Of a DNA stretch of 64,000 nucleotides, positions 55,360-64,000 are shown in pieces (positions within the stretch are counted from its first letter, which is position 1; every line of letters begins with the position of its first letter). The position numbers were made by a program, and so were the translations under genes. The stretch spans positions 355 to 64,354 of the forward strand of contig MHUT01000012.1 in NCBI GenBank assembly GCA_001823535.1, given 5' to 3'. The notes beneath the pieces were generated by a model, which worked only from the letters and a program-made list of their open reading frames with translations, searched no databases and was not told the DNA's origin. This DNA is from Candidatus Yonathbacteria bacterium RIFCSPHIGHO2_02_FULL_44_14. GTDB taxonomy: Bacteria > Patescibacteriota > Minisyncoccia > Phycocordibacterales > UBA1550.

Positions 55360-57360
55360 TTATTGCGGAGTGTTCCTCCTGTTAATACCAAGCAAGATGA
55401 ATATGATGGTCACGATAAAAATAATTGTGACGATACTCCCGTAAAAATAATTGTCTCCAGCGAAACTTGGTGAATCTTGTTGTGCGGGCGCCGTTGCTAT
55501 CCGATCTGTAGTGATAGCGGAAGCCTCCTTGATAAACGGCACAGAATCGCTTTTTACAACAACAGCTCCTTTGATGTCCGTAATTGCTACGAATACTTGG
55601 TGTTCCCCATCCTCAAGCTCTTTGTCGAGTGTATAATTCCAATACCCATCCTTATCTGTCTTTATCGTGACCACAACAGGGATGCTAAAAATGTAGAGCG
55701 TTGCAAAACTATTGGGAAGAGCCCTTCCTTTGAAAGAGATTTTGCTTACTGCAGTTGTGCCGTCGCTCTTTGTGGCGACTTCAGTAGCCTGCACCGCCGT
55801 AACTTCAAAGTTTTTAGTGTCGACTACCCCGCTTTTTTGTTCAGCAACCACCTGCTCCAGCTTTGCAACAGATTCCTCAACTCTTTTTGTTAAAATGTCC
55901 TTGGAAATACCAGATGATATCGTCGCCGTATCCACAAGAACCGTCATAACCTCTTTCTTTTTCTGTTGATTACCCTCATCAAGAGCATTCTTGAGTTCAT
56001 TCAATTTCTCATTTGTTGCCTTTTCAAAAGCAAGGTTTATGCCGCCTTTTTTCACTGCATCTGATGTCATCAAAAAACTAGCAATATCTTTTTTTATTTG
56101 CTCCTCTTCCTTCTGGTTTTCTTTTTTTATTTGTTCAACAAACTTCTCTATATCAATAATTGGAGCGGGGACAATACCTGCTGTTCTATCACCACCTATC
56201 GCAATAGTACCTGTTGCGCGGACATTACTACTCGTAGCAACACTAGATGTTTGCATTCTTTTTTCATTTTTTACAATAACGGTTTTCTCTTCCCCTTGAA
56301 CCCCCTCACCATTACCTGTTGTTATAATCGGGAAAATCACATACTTACCGTCAGGTGTTTGTGTTGAGTCCCACTGAAATACCCATTGAGCATTTACCGA
56401 ATCAAAATGTGCTTGTCCAAGATAAAGTGACACGGGAGTATCTTTGCGCAAAAGACGCATTTCAACGCCGCGTACTGTTTGGTTAACTTTTATATACACT
56501 TCTTCCTCGTTTAGAACATTACCACCGCCTTTCAATGTCACTTTTGATTTCAAGTGTTCCGTTTCTGGCACAATAATGGACACAGAAGGAGCGGGTACCT
56601 TAGGAGGTATTGGAGCCGGTGGTATAATTCGTACAGGAGTAGGCTTAGCAATAGGTACAGCAGGGTAAAGAGCATTTGTGGTTGTTGGTTTTGGAGCTAC
56701 AAATGTCGTGGTCGTCGCTGTTGCTGTTGTTTGACTAGCCGTAGTCGCTTGTGTCCCTGTAGCCACTGATGTGGCGGTGGCGGTTGAAGTAGCGATAGCA
56801 GCCGTTTGTGTATCTGTGGTTGTTGACTCAGCGGTTGCGGTTGTTTGACTTGAGGTGGTCGATTGCGTATCTGTGGTCGTTGATGCAGTCGTTGTCGAAG
56901 TACCAGTAGTGGCTGTGTTCGTAGTCGTAATCGTTGACTCAGCAGTTGAATACACTCCGCTTTTTAAGGCAGTAAAGAAAGATCCGGTGGCGTGAGCGCT
57001 GATGCCAGCAGAATTGCGTGACTCTATTTTATAATAGTAATTGGTATTTGGATAAAGATTCAATAAATTAATGCAGTGTTGCAATACGTTTCCACCACCA
57101 TCACACCTGCTCTGCGCATAAAAAGTATACCCGCCTGAGGTTGCACTATAGGCAACGAATGAATCAGATGGTTCATCTGTTGCCCACTTAATCCGCGTGG
57201 CAGAATCAGTAATATCTTCAGCATTTACATTTGAAATGACAGGAGCGGTGGTATCATAAATACTTGATATTACTCCTGTTTCTGCAAAAATACTCTGAAC
57301 CATAACCCCCAGAAAACCTGCGACAATAATTACGCTAATTATTTTTTTTAATTTATCCAT
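55360..57360 (-). CDS. cell-surface protein: signal peptide, Fn3-like domain, Thr-rich linker, C-terminal TM anchor
   Basis: N-terminal APVISNVNAEDITDSATRIKWATDEPSD (Fn3/PAP-N-like), ~120 aa of T/S/A/Q low complexity, and a C-terminal hydrophobic IVTIIFIVTIIFILLG plus RRN. Confidence 0.7.
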   Translation of the reverse strand: MDKLKKIISVIIVAGFLGVMVQSIFAETGVISSIYDTTAPVISNVNAEDITDSATRIKWATDEPSDSFVAYSATSGGYTFYAQSRCDGGGNVLQHCINLLNLYPNTNYYYKIESRNSAGISAHATGSFFTALKSGVYSTAESTITTTNTATTGTSTTTASTTTDTQSTTSSQTTATAESTTTDTQTAAIATSTATATSVATGTQATTASQTTATATTTTFVAPKPTTTNALYPAVPIAKPTPVRIIPPAPIPPKVPAPSVSIIVPETEHLKSKVTLKGGGNVLNEEEVYIKVNQTVRGVEMRLLRKDTPVSLYLGQAHFDSVNAQWVFQWDSTQTPDGKYVIFPIITTGNGEGVQGEEKTVIVKNEKRMQTSSVATSSNVRATGTIAIGGDRTAGIVPAPIIDIEKFVEQIKKENQKEEEQIKKDIASFLMTSDAVKKGGINLAFEKATNEKLNELKNALDEGNQQKKKEVMTVLVDTATISSGISKDILTKRVEESVAKLEQVVAEQKSGVVDTKNFEVTAVQATEVATKSDGTTAVSKISFKGRALPNSFATLYIFSIPVVVTIKTDKDGYWNYTLDKELEDGEHQVFVAITDIKGAVVVKSDSVPFIKEASAITTDRIATAPAQQDSPSFAGDNYFYGSIVTIIFIVTIIFILLGINRRNTPQ

Positions 57361-57391
57361 ACTTATTGTATCTTGGCTATTTATTAAAAGT

Positions 57392-58357
57392 TTACAGAAG
57401 ACTTTTGACCGCTTGGATGATCGCGTCCTTGTCCATTCCGTAGTGCTTCAAGAGCTCTTCCGGTGTCCCTGATTGCCCGAATTTGTCATGCACACCCACA
57501 AATGCCATTCTTGTTGGATGTTCGGAAGCCAAGACCTCAGCGACCGCCGAACCCATACCACCGGCAATCTGATGCTCCTCAACAGTAACGATTGCTCCGC
57601 ATTCTTTTGCAAGAGCGATAACCGTCGCGCGGTCGAGCGGCTTTATTGTGCCCATATTTAAAACTACTGCACCAACCCCCTCTGTTTCGAGTTCCTTTGC
57701 AGCCATAAGCGTATTGTAAACGAGCGACCCACACGCGATAATGCCGACTTTTGGATTTTCAGCACGAAAAAACTCCTGGGCTTTGCCAATTTCAAATGGC
57801 GTGTCCTCAGTCGTAATAATCGGTGTTTTTTCACGAGCGAGACGAATGTACGTCGGCGAATTTGTCTTCGCCATTGCGAGTGTCGCTTTGCGCGCTTCAA
57901 TACTGTCACACGGTGTAATGACCACCATGCGTGGGATCACCCGAGTAAGAGTGATGTCCTCAACCGCCTGATGTGTGCCGCCATCAGGACCAACTGAGAC
58001 TCCGGAATGTGAACCTGCAATTTTCACGGGGCGATTATTGTAACAAATTGTGGTGCGGATTTGCTCCCAGTTGCGACCAGGACTGAACATAGCGTAAGAT
58101 GAAACAAATGGCACCTTCCCCATCGCTGCCATTCCCGATGCAACCGATGCTGCCGACTGCTCCATAATACCCATTTCAAAAAATCGATTTGGGAATTCCC
58201 TTGCAAATGCATCCATCTTTGTTGACTCGGTAAGGTCGCAACACATCGCAACCACACGTTCATCCGCGCGACCGGCAATTACAAGCCCCTCACCAAAGCC
58301 CTGGCGAATCGGCGCCTGCTCTACATCTGCATCAAAAAGTTTTGGATTAAGATTCAT
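57392..58357 (-). CDS. transketolase, C-terminal (pyrimidine-binding) subunit
   Basis: Split-transketolase subunit B pattern (...GEDGPTHQ-like GPDGGTHQAVEDI, C-terminal domain). Confidence 0.9.
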   Translation of the reverse strand: MNLNPKLFDADVEQAPIRQGFGEGLVIAGRADERVVAMCCDLTESTKMDAFAREFPNRFFEMGIMEQSAASVASGMAAMGKVPFVSSYAMFSPGRNWEQIRTTICYNNRPVKIAGSHSGVSVGPDGGTHQAVEDITLTRVIPRMVVITPCDSIEARKATLAMAKTNSPTYIRLAREKTPIITTEDTPFEIGKAQEFFRAENPKVGIIACGSLVYNTLMAAKELETEGVGAVVLNMGTIKPLDRATVIALAKECGAIVTVEEHQIAGGMGSAVAEVLASEHPTRMAFVGVHDKFGQSGTPEELLKHYGMDKDAIIQAVKSLL

Positions 58358-58361
58358 ATTC

Positions 58362-58634
58362 TTATTTTACCGTTAAACGCAATCCAAGACCAGTGGTAAC
58401 TTTCTGGAGAAATGAAAGTGTTGGGTTTCCACGCCCCGACTCAAAGCGAGCAAGAGCGGATTGCGTGACTCCAATTTCTTCAGCAAGCGCTTTTTGGGTA
58501 ATTTTTTTATGTGCGCGTTTCTTTATAATAGCCTCAATAAGCTGAAACTCAATGTCAGCATCTTGCATAGCTTTCCGCACTCCAGGACGCTTCATAGACT
58601 CTTTTTTAAATTGTGTAAATGTTTTCATTTTCAT
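58362..58634 (-). CDS. XRE-family HTH protein (putative antitoxin, HigA-like)
   Basis: ITQKALAEEIGVTQSALARFESG helix-turn-helix; located immediately downstream of the toxin gene. Confidence 0.7.
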   Translation of the reverse strand: MKMKTFTQFKKESMKRPGVRKAMQDADIEFQLIEAIIKKRAHKKITQKALAEEIGVTQSALARFESGRGNPTLSFLQKVTTGLGLRLTVK

Positions 58635-58661
58635 AATGTTATGTATACCATATATGCTATA

Positions 58662-58970
58662 TTATCGCAACCTATTTTTTAATCGCACTACATAATCAAT
58701 GTCCTTCCGCGCAAGTCTCTGCGTCTTTTTTATGATTGCGTGCAAAATAATCGCTTCTTCTTTTTTAAAAACAAAAAATATTCTTATATTATTTGAGCCA
58801 ATTACTCGAAGCTCAAAAACACCTTCTGATATATACTTTGTATGTGGATAACGAATTGTATTCCCGTATTGTTCCAAAAGTCCTACGGCCTTGTTTATTT
58901 TTCCCACTGAGACGTCGTCAAGATTAAACAAAAAATCGTATGTTTCAGTGAAAAGAAAATTTATTTTCAT
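58662..58970 (-). CDS. RelE/ParE-superfamily toxin (phage Gp49-like / HigB-like)
   Basis: IRIFFVFKKEEAIILHAIIKKTQ is characteristic of Gp49/DUF891 RelE-fold toxins; toxin-first order with an XRE partner. Confidence 0.65.
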   Translation of the reverse strand: MKINFLFTETYDFLFNLDDVSVGKINKAVGLLEQYGNTIRYPHTKYISEGVFELRVIGSNNIRIFFVFKKEEAIILHAIIKKTQRLARKDIDYVVRLKNRLR

Positions 58971-58976
58971 ACCAAC

Positions 58977-59846
58977 TTATTCATGTTCGCTCGCAATCTG
59001 CCCTCCCAAAGTGCGGAGCTCCGCCATCGCGTTCGCACCCTGATCTTTGTTCGGCGGGTTGCCGTGCCACTTGTAGTCAAACTCGAATACATCGACACCC
59101 ATGCCGGGAATCGTGTGCGCGATAATAACCGACGGCTTTTCAAAAATTGCGCGTGCTTCGTCTACTGCATCAACAATCGCCGACATGTTGTGCCCGTCAA
59201 TCTCCAGAACATGCCATCCAAATGCCTTCCATTTATCCGCAAGCGGCTCTAGTGGCATTATGTTTTCCGTAAAGCCGTCAATTTGAATATTGTTGCGGTC
59301 AACTATCGCAACAAGGTTGTGAAGCTTCTCACGACCAGCAAGCATTGCTGCTTCCCATACCTGCCCCTCGTTCAGCTCTCCATCGCCCAGGAAACAATAA
59401 ACAGTTCTGTTGGAATTTTGTCCGCGGTCGAGGCGATCGACGAGAGCCATACCCACTGCTTGCGAAAGCCCTTGTCCGAGAGGTCCCGAGCTCGTCTCGA
59501 GCATCGGCAAATACTCGCGGTGCGGATGTCCCTGAAGGCGCGAACCGAACTTGCGGAGTGTTTTTAGTTCTTCTACAGGGAAGTACCCTGAATGCGCCAT
59601 CACTGCGTAAAGCACGGGACAGATGTGTCCGTTTGAAAGCACTACGCGGTCGCGATCTTCCCATGTGGGATTCTTTGGGTCTTGTTTGAGAATATGAAAA
59701 TAGAACGCGGTAAAAATATCTGCCATTCCAAGAGGTCCTGCGGTGTGACCAGACTTTGCCTCGACAAGCGACTCGATAATCGACTTCCTAATTTCGAGCG
59801 CTTTCTCTTCGAGGAATTTTATTTTATCGTCGTGAAGATGAGTCAT
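58977..59846 (-). CDS. transketolase, N-terminal (TPP-binding) subunit
   Basis: GHTAGPLGMADIF and the GDGELNEG TPP motif. Confidence 0.9.
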   Translation of the reverse strand: MTHLHDDKIKFLEEKALEIRKSIIESLVEAKSGHTAGPLGMADIFTAFYFHILKQDPKNPTWEDRDRVVLSNGHICPVLYAVMAHSGYFPVEELKTLRKFGSRLQGHPHREYLPMLETSSGPLGQGLSQAVGMALVDRLDRGQNSNRTVYCFLGDGELNEGQVWEAAMLAGREKLHNLVAIVDRNNIQIDGFTENIMPLEPLADKWKAFGWHVLEIDGHNMSAIVDAVDEARAIFEKPSVIIAHTIPGMGVDVFEFDYKWHGNPPNKDQGANAMAELRTLGGQIASEHE

Positions 59847-59856
59847 GTGAGTATAC

Positions 59857-60528
59857 CTATGATACTAAATTTTTCATTTTAGCGATAGCTCCGACAAAAT
59901 CATCTGCCTCAAGAATCGCCGATCCTGACACGAGTCGTGTTGCGCCAGCATCAACGAGTGCCCGCGCGGTTTCAAAATTCACCGAACCGTCGATACTAAT
60001 TTGGAGGTTTTGATGCGCGGCGCGAAGAGCCCGCACATAATCGAGTACGCGCTCATCAAATGGTTGTCCTTGAAAGCCAATTTTAGCGATTCCCATACAC
60101 TGTACAAAATCAATACGATTGAGATATTGATCAAGTGCAGAAAGCGGTGTTGACGTATTAATAGCAAGACCAAGCTCAATAAGCCCCTCGGGTACCGCAT
60201 CACGGATCACTCCAAAATCTTTCATACTCTCTACATGCACAATAATACGACTTGCGCCTGCGGTAACCCACTTTTGCACCCAAAATTCCGGGTTCTCTAT
60301 CATTAAATCAACCTCAAAATCAATGTTTTCCCACGATGGCATTCCCTCTTCTTCAGCAACAATGGCATCAAAATGCGTATCCTTTGGATACGGCCACGTA
60401 CGCGCGGGTACAAACTTCCCGTCCATAATGTCGAGTTGCACAAGTGGAACAACATTCACAAAAAGACTCATCATCTCATCAAGATGCTCATAGTCCTTTG
60501 GCATTATCGCGGGAATTATTTCTATCAT
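59857..60528 (-). CDS. rpe: ribulose-phosphate 3-epimerase
   Basis: DIMDGKFVP and IHVE TIM-barrel epimerase motifs. Confidence 0.85.
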   Translation of the reverse strand: MIEIIPAIMPKDYEHLDEMMSLFVNVVPLVQLDIMDGKFVPARTWPYPKDTHFDAIVAEEEGMPSWENIDFEVDLMIENPEFWVQKWVTAGASRIIVHVESMKDFGVIRDAVPEGLIELGLAINTSTPLSALDQYLNRIDFVQCMGIAKIGFQGQPFDERVLDYVRALRAAHQNLQISIDGSVNFETARALVDAGATRLVSGSAILEADDFVGAIAKMKNLVS

Positions 60529-60534
60529 CGAATA

Positions 60535-60975
60535 TTATTTATCGAGTTTCGCAATACGGCGCGTGTGTTTTTCATCTGTAGAAAACGGTGTCGCGAGCCA
60601 TACGCGCACTACTTCTTTCGCCTCATCCTCGTCTACGAAGCGCGCGCCCAGAGAAAGAATATTGGCATTATTATGCTCACGCGAAAGCACTACAATATCA
60701 ACAGCACCGCCATAGTAAACTGCCGCTCGAACACCTTTTACTCGGTTTGCACACATCGCCTCTCCTTGCCCTGACCCACCGAGAATAATTCCGCGTGAAC
60801 CGATTTCATTTGCCACAGCTAGGGCGACAGGATGAATGAAATCCGGGTAATCATCAAGTGCGTCAAATGAGTACGCGCCCATGTCTTGAACAAGATGCCC
60901 AATCCCATGCAAATAGGAAACAAGGGCTTCCTTGAGCTCAAATCCTGCGTGATCCGTTCCGATATAGATTTTCAT
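60535..60975 (-). CDS. rpiB: ribose-5-phosphate isomerase B
   Basis: MKIYIGTDHAGFELK N-terminus and the GILIGGSGQG-type motif (IILGGSGQG). Confidence 0.9.
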   Translation of the reverse strand: MKIYIGTDHAGFELKEALVSYLHGIGHLVQDMGAYSFDALDDYPDFIHPVALAVANEIGSRGIILGGSGQGEAMCANRVKGVRAAVYYGGAVDIVVLSREHNNANILSLGARFVDEDEAKEVVRVWLATPFSTDEKHTRRIAKLDK

Positions 60976-60981
60976 TGTTAA

Positions 60982-62016
60982 TTAGAGAAAACTCGCAACT
61001 TTAACTACATGCTTCACGAGCGTGTTTGTGTATCCCATTTCATTATCGTACCACGCCATCACTTTTACAAGGTTGCCGTCGACAACGCGCGTAAGGTCGA
61101 GATCTGCAATGGAACCATAGAGCTCTCCAACAATATCTGAAGACACTATCGGCTCATCGGTGACAGTAAAAATACCTTCCCAGCGAGGATTCTTTGAAGC
61201 GTCACGAAGAATTTGATTCACCTCTTCGACAGAAGTATTTCTCTTTGCGATAAATGTCACGTCTGCAATAGAGCCCGCAATAACTGGCACGCGAATTGAA
61301 ATGCCGTCAAACTTTCCTTTCAAATCCTTCACTACCTCGGTTACAGAAATCGCTGCACCCGTCGATGCAGGCACCATGTTTGCCGCACCTGCGCGCCCAC
61401 CACGAAGGTCTTTGCCTCCGGGGCCATCAACAATCTTTTGCGTACCTGTGTACGCATGCGTAGTGTTCAAAATCGCTTTCTCAATACCAATCGTTTCGTT
61501 CAAAATGCAGACCACAGGGCTTGCCGCATTAGTAGTGCACGAAGCGTTTGAGGAAATCTGCGCGCCTTGTAGCTCGTTGTCGTTGATCCCCATGAGCGCC
61601 GTAACACAAGTAACCATAGGTATATCCTCACCTTTCATAGGCGCAGTCACCACGACACGTTTTGCTCCTTGTGTGAGGTGAACGCTTGATTTCTCTGGAC
61701 TTGTAAAAAACCCTGTTGATTCAACCACGATATCAATATTATATTTCGCCCATGGAAGATTTGTAGGCTCTTTTTCTTGTACGAGAATTACTTTTTGCCC
61801 ACCCACAATGAACCCTGGCTCATCACCACCGACAACCTCAACATCAAAGTCCGCCTTGCCATATGCGGTGTCATATTTCAAAAGGTATGCCATGTTTGAT
61901 GGATCGCCGAGGTCGTTCACGGCGACAATCTCAATCTCTGGGCGTGTGCGCGCCAATTTATAAAACGCGCGCCCAATGCGTCCAAATCCGTTGATAGCTA
62001 CTCGTACTTTTTTCAT
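60982..62016 (-). CDS. gap: glyceraldehyde-3-phosphate dehydrogenase
   Basis: INGFGRIGR Rossmann motif and the ASCTTN catalytic Cys motif. Confidence 0.95.
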   Translation of the reverse strand: MKKVRVAINGFGRIGRAFYKLARTRPEIEIVAVNDLGDPSNMAYLLKYDTAYGKADFDVEVVGGDEPGFIVGGQKVILVQEKEPTNLPWAKYNIDIVVESTGFFTSPEKSSVHLTQGAKRVVVTAPMKGEDIPMVTCVTALMGINDNELQGAQISSNASCTTNAASPVVCILNETIGIEKAILNTTHAYTGTQKIVDGPGGKDLRGGRAGAANMVPASTGAAISVTEVVKDLKGKFDGISIRVPVIAGSIADVTFIAKRNTSVEEVNQILRDASKNPRWEGIFTVTDEPIVSSDIVGELYGSIADLDLTRVVDGNLVKVMAWYDNEMGYTNTLVKHVVKVASFL

Positions 62017-62095
62017 TTAATATCGTGGTTAATTGATTAAAACTATGAAGTTATTTTACCACACACAACAAAAAAGGCACGCATTTCGTGCCTTT

Positions 62096-62353
62096 TTACG
62101 AATACAACTCACTATGACTTCCGATAGCGACAAATTGTATTACTTCATTATCTCGTTCTTTGTACACTGCTCGTATGTCGCCTGTTATATTGATGCTTCT
62201 ACACGCCGACCATTCGCCCGAAAGTGAATGATTCCCTAGTATTACATGGTGAGGATTTTTTAGAAAGACAGCGAGACATTTATAGAATTTCCCCTGCACT
62301 ACAACCGGAAGTTTCCGAAGCATTTTTTTGAAATTTCGATGATAAGTAACCAT
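62096..62353 (-). CDS. type II toxin, RelE/YafQ family
   Basis: NHSLSGEWSACRSINITGDIRAVYK...VIQFVAIGSHSELY matches the YafQ/RelE C-terminal signature. Confidence 0.7.
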   Translation of the reverse strand: MVTYHRNFKKMLRKLPVVVQGKFYKCLAVFLKNPHHVILGNHSLSGEWSACRSINITGDIRAVYKERDNEVIQFVAIGSHSELYS

Positions 62354-62356
62354 ACT

Positions 62357-62629
62357 CTACTGACGAAGTGACCTGATCATACTTTCAGCGTCATAAAATG
62401 GACCGACGCTATTTTTGCCTTTTGCATAGTCAGCATCTGCGGAACGAATTGCGCGTTTCAAGCGTGCAGACGGCTCAAGAACTGAAAAAGAAACAGTCTT
62501 GCTTCGAGCCAAATTTTTCAGAGACGCGTTTATAATAGCCGACAATGTGAATCCAAGCTCATCAGCCACCTTTTGAGCCTCATTTTTTACCTTTGGGTCT
62601 ATTTTTATATTTAATACTGCTGTTTTCAT
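62357..62629 (-). CDS. type II antitoxin, RelB/DinJ family
   Basis: Ribbon-helix-helix-like N-terminus (LNIKIDPKVKNEAQKVADELGFTLSAIINASLKNL) immediately upstream of the YafQ-like toxin, 3-bp gap. Confidence 0.65.
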   Translation of the reverse strand: MKTAVLNIKIDPKVKNEAQKVADELGFTLSAIINASLKNLARSKTVSFSVLEPSARLKRAIRSADADYAKGKNSVGPFYDAESMIRSLRQ

Positions 62630-62667
62630 ATACGCTAAAGTATATACAAAGTAATTTTTTCTGTCAA

Positions 62668-64000
62668 TTATTTCAACGCCTCTTCAAACAACGTTTTGAA
62701 CATTGCAGGATTTCCTGCACCCTTGCTTGCTTTCATCCCTTGTCCGATGAAAAATTGGAGTAAGGCTGTTTTACCAGACTTGTAATCGGAGACTACCGTC
62801 GGATTTGCAGAAATAATTTCGGTGACAATTTTCTTGAGCACCCCAACGTCATTTTTCTGAATGAGGTCGTGCTTCTGTGCAATCTCGTGCGGATGACCGC
62901 CTTCGGCATAGAGAATTGCAAGTGTGTCTTTTGCGCCACGAGAAGAGAGGTCGCCGGCTTTAATCATCGTTACCAAATCAGCTAGGCTTTTACCCGTAAC
63001 ACCACCAAGCGACCCCGATGTTTTCATCAAACCAACAAGGTCTGAAGTAATATAGTTTTCAATAAGGGCAATTGATGGACGGTCCACACCGATAGCATTT
63101 ACCGCATCCTCAAAAAGTCCACCAAGGATTTTATCCGCAACAAAAACTTCTGCATTCTCTGGCCTCACACCGTACTCGCGTACGAGGCGCATGCGCTTAT
63201 CCCATGGAAGCTCCGGCATTGTTGCCCTCAAAACTTCATTTGAAAATTCAGGAATTTCTGAGATTTTTAGTTTTGGCAAATCAGGGTCAGGGAAATAGCG
63301 ATAGTCGTGTGCTGATTCTTTCTTGCGCTGTGAAAAAGTTTTTTGCCCGCCCTCGTCCCATCCACGCGTTTCTTGCACGATCTCCCCTGGTCCGCCGTCC
63401 AAAATTTTTGTCATGCGCTCCACCTCGTATGCAATAGCGCGCTCCACTGAGCGGAATGAGTTCAAGTTCTTCACTTCAACCTTTGTACCGAGTGTATCTG
63501 TCTTTGATATTGAAATATTCGCCTCCACACGCATCTCCCCTTTTTCCATGTTTGCATCAGATACACCGAGCGTGCGAAGTAGGAGCTGGAGCTCGCGCGC
63601 AAATGCACCCGCTTCTTCTGCGGTGTGAATGACTGGCTTCGTCACGAGCTCCATAAGTGGCACTCCTGCGCGGTTGTAGTCCACAAGACTCCCCTCGCTC
63701 CCCTCATGCGATGAGCTCGCAGTATCTTCCTCGAGATGCACGCGTTCAATAGCAACACCATGGAGCATTCCATTTGAGACAAGTGGGTATTTGTACTGGC
63801 TAATCTGATACCCCTTTGGAATGTCGGGATAAAAATAGTTCTTACGGTCAAACTCAGTAAAATCGGCAAGAGTGCTCCCCAGTGCAGTACCCACGCGAAG
63901 CACGTGATGCACAGCCTGCTTATTGATAACCGGTAAAGTACCCGGATGCGCCATGCACACAGGACAAATATTCACATTCGGCTCCGCATTAAACGGGTCA
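62668..64000 (-). CDS. gatB: Asp/Glu-tRNA amidotransferase subunit B; the N-terminus runs off the window end
   Basis: CPVCMAHPGTLPVIN, the GatB/E catalytic domain and a C-terminal YqeY-like tail (GKTALLQFFIGQGMKASKGAGNP). The reading frame stays open to position 64000. Confidence 0.9.
   Translation of the reverse strand, partial: DPFNAEPNVNICPVCMAHPGTLPVINKQAVHHVLRVGTALGSTLADFTEFDRKNYFYPDIPKGYQISQYKYPLVSNGMLHGVAIERVHLEEDTASSSHEGSEGSLVDYNRAGVPLMELVTKPVIHTAEEAGAFARELQLLLRTLGVSDANMEKGEMRVEANISISKTDTLGTKVEVKNLNSFRSVERAIAYEVERMTKILDGGPGEIVQETRGWDEGGQKTFSQRKKESAHDYRYFPDPDLPKLKISEIPEFSNEVLRATMPELPWDKRMRLVREYGVRPENAEVFVADKILGGLFEDAVNAIGVDRPSIALIENYITSDLVGLMKTSGSLGGVTGKSLADLVTMIKAGDLSSRGAKDTLAILYAEGGHPHEIAQKHDLIQKNDVGVLKKIVTEIISANPTVVSDYKSGKTALLQFFIGQGMKASKGAGNPAMFKTLFEEALK

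Noticed and set aside
56690-56940. Short tandem DNA repeats (TCTGTGGTYGTTGA-like) that might suggest a CRISPR or VNTR array
   Set aside because: They are the coding sequence of the Thr/Ser/Ala-rich linker of the surface protein 55360-57360. Spacing is irregular and there are no unique spacers.

Overview
The window is a 64-kb chromosomal segment of a low-GC (~45%) bacterium with a compact, housekeeping-dominated gene set. Recognised genes include pth, lepB, hisS, upp, rpsU, ybeY, ftsA, ftsZ, trxB, prmC, tsaD, valS, lepA, murJ, typA, rplY, fba, gap, rpiB, rpe, a split transketolase and gatB. There are six tRNAs (Val-GAC, Ser-CGA, Glu-TTC, Phe-GAA, Arg-CCT, Gly-CCC), and almost every transcription unit ends in a clean hairpin terminator. 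The small genes, short or gapped core enzymes (ValRS, TsaD), DUF5667/DUF2339-type proteins and sparse metabolism suggest a reduced-genome, Patescibacteria/CPR-like organism; this is inference only.

The most interesting points are:
- A bacterial RNase P RNA gene (minus strand, ~38565-39275) carries a ~290-nt insertion in the P15-P18 arm. The insertion is closed by a perfect 15-bp helix and encodes, in sense orientation, a small GIY-YIG (YhbQ-like) nuclease ORF.
- A ~60-nt element containing a 20-bp palindrome occurs three times, each 25-80 nt upstream of a gene and in the same orientation relative to it (ftsZ, tRNA-Phe, tRNA-Arg).
- A ~13.7-kb accessory island lies between tRNA-Phe and tRNA-Arg. 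It carries an Mrr / Z1-like / PLD-family endonuclease / C5-methyltransferase / VRR-NUC defence cluster, a ParB-nuclease::DNA-methyltransferase fusion, a terminase-small-subunit-like HTH protein, a large serine recombinase, an Abi-like gene, tandem holin-like small membrane proteins, and a 740-bp iteron/AT-rich candidate origin or operator region.
- Next to the island is a tRNA-Phe 3'-end duplication (an att-site-like scar) with a degenerate tRNA-like fragment.
- Two type II toxin-antitoxin pairs sit inside a conserved sugar-phosphate/glycolysis operon, one of them splitting the two transketolase subunit genes.
- A quinol-type nitric oxide reductase (qNOR) stands alone in an otherwise respiration-poor context.

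No CRISPR array and no rRNA gene are present.
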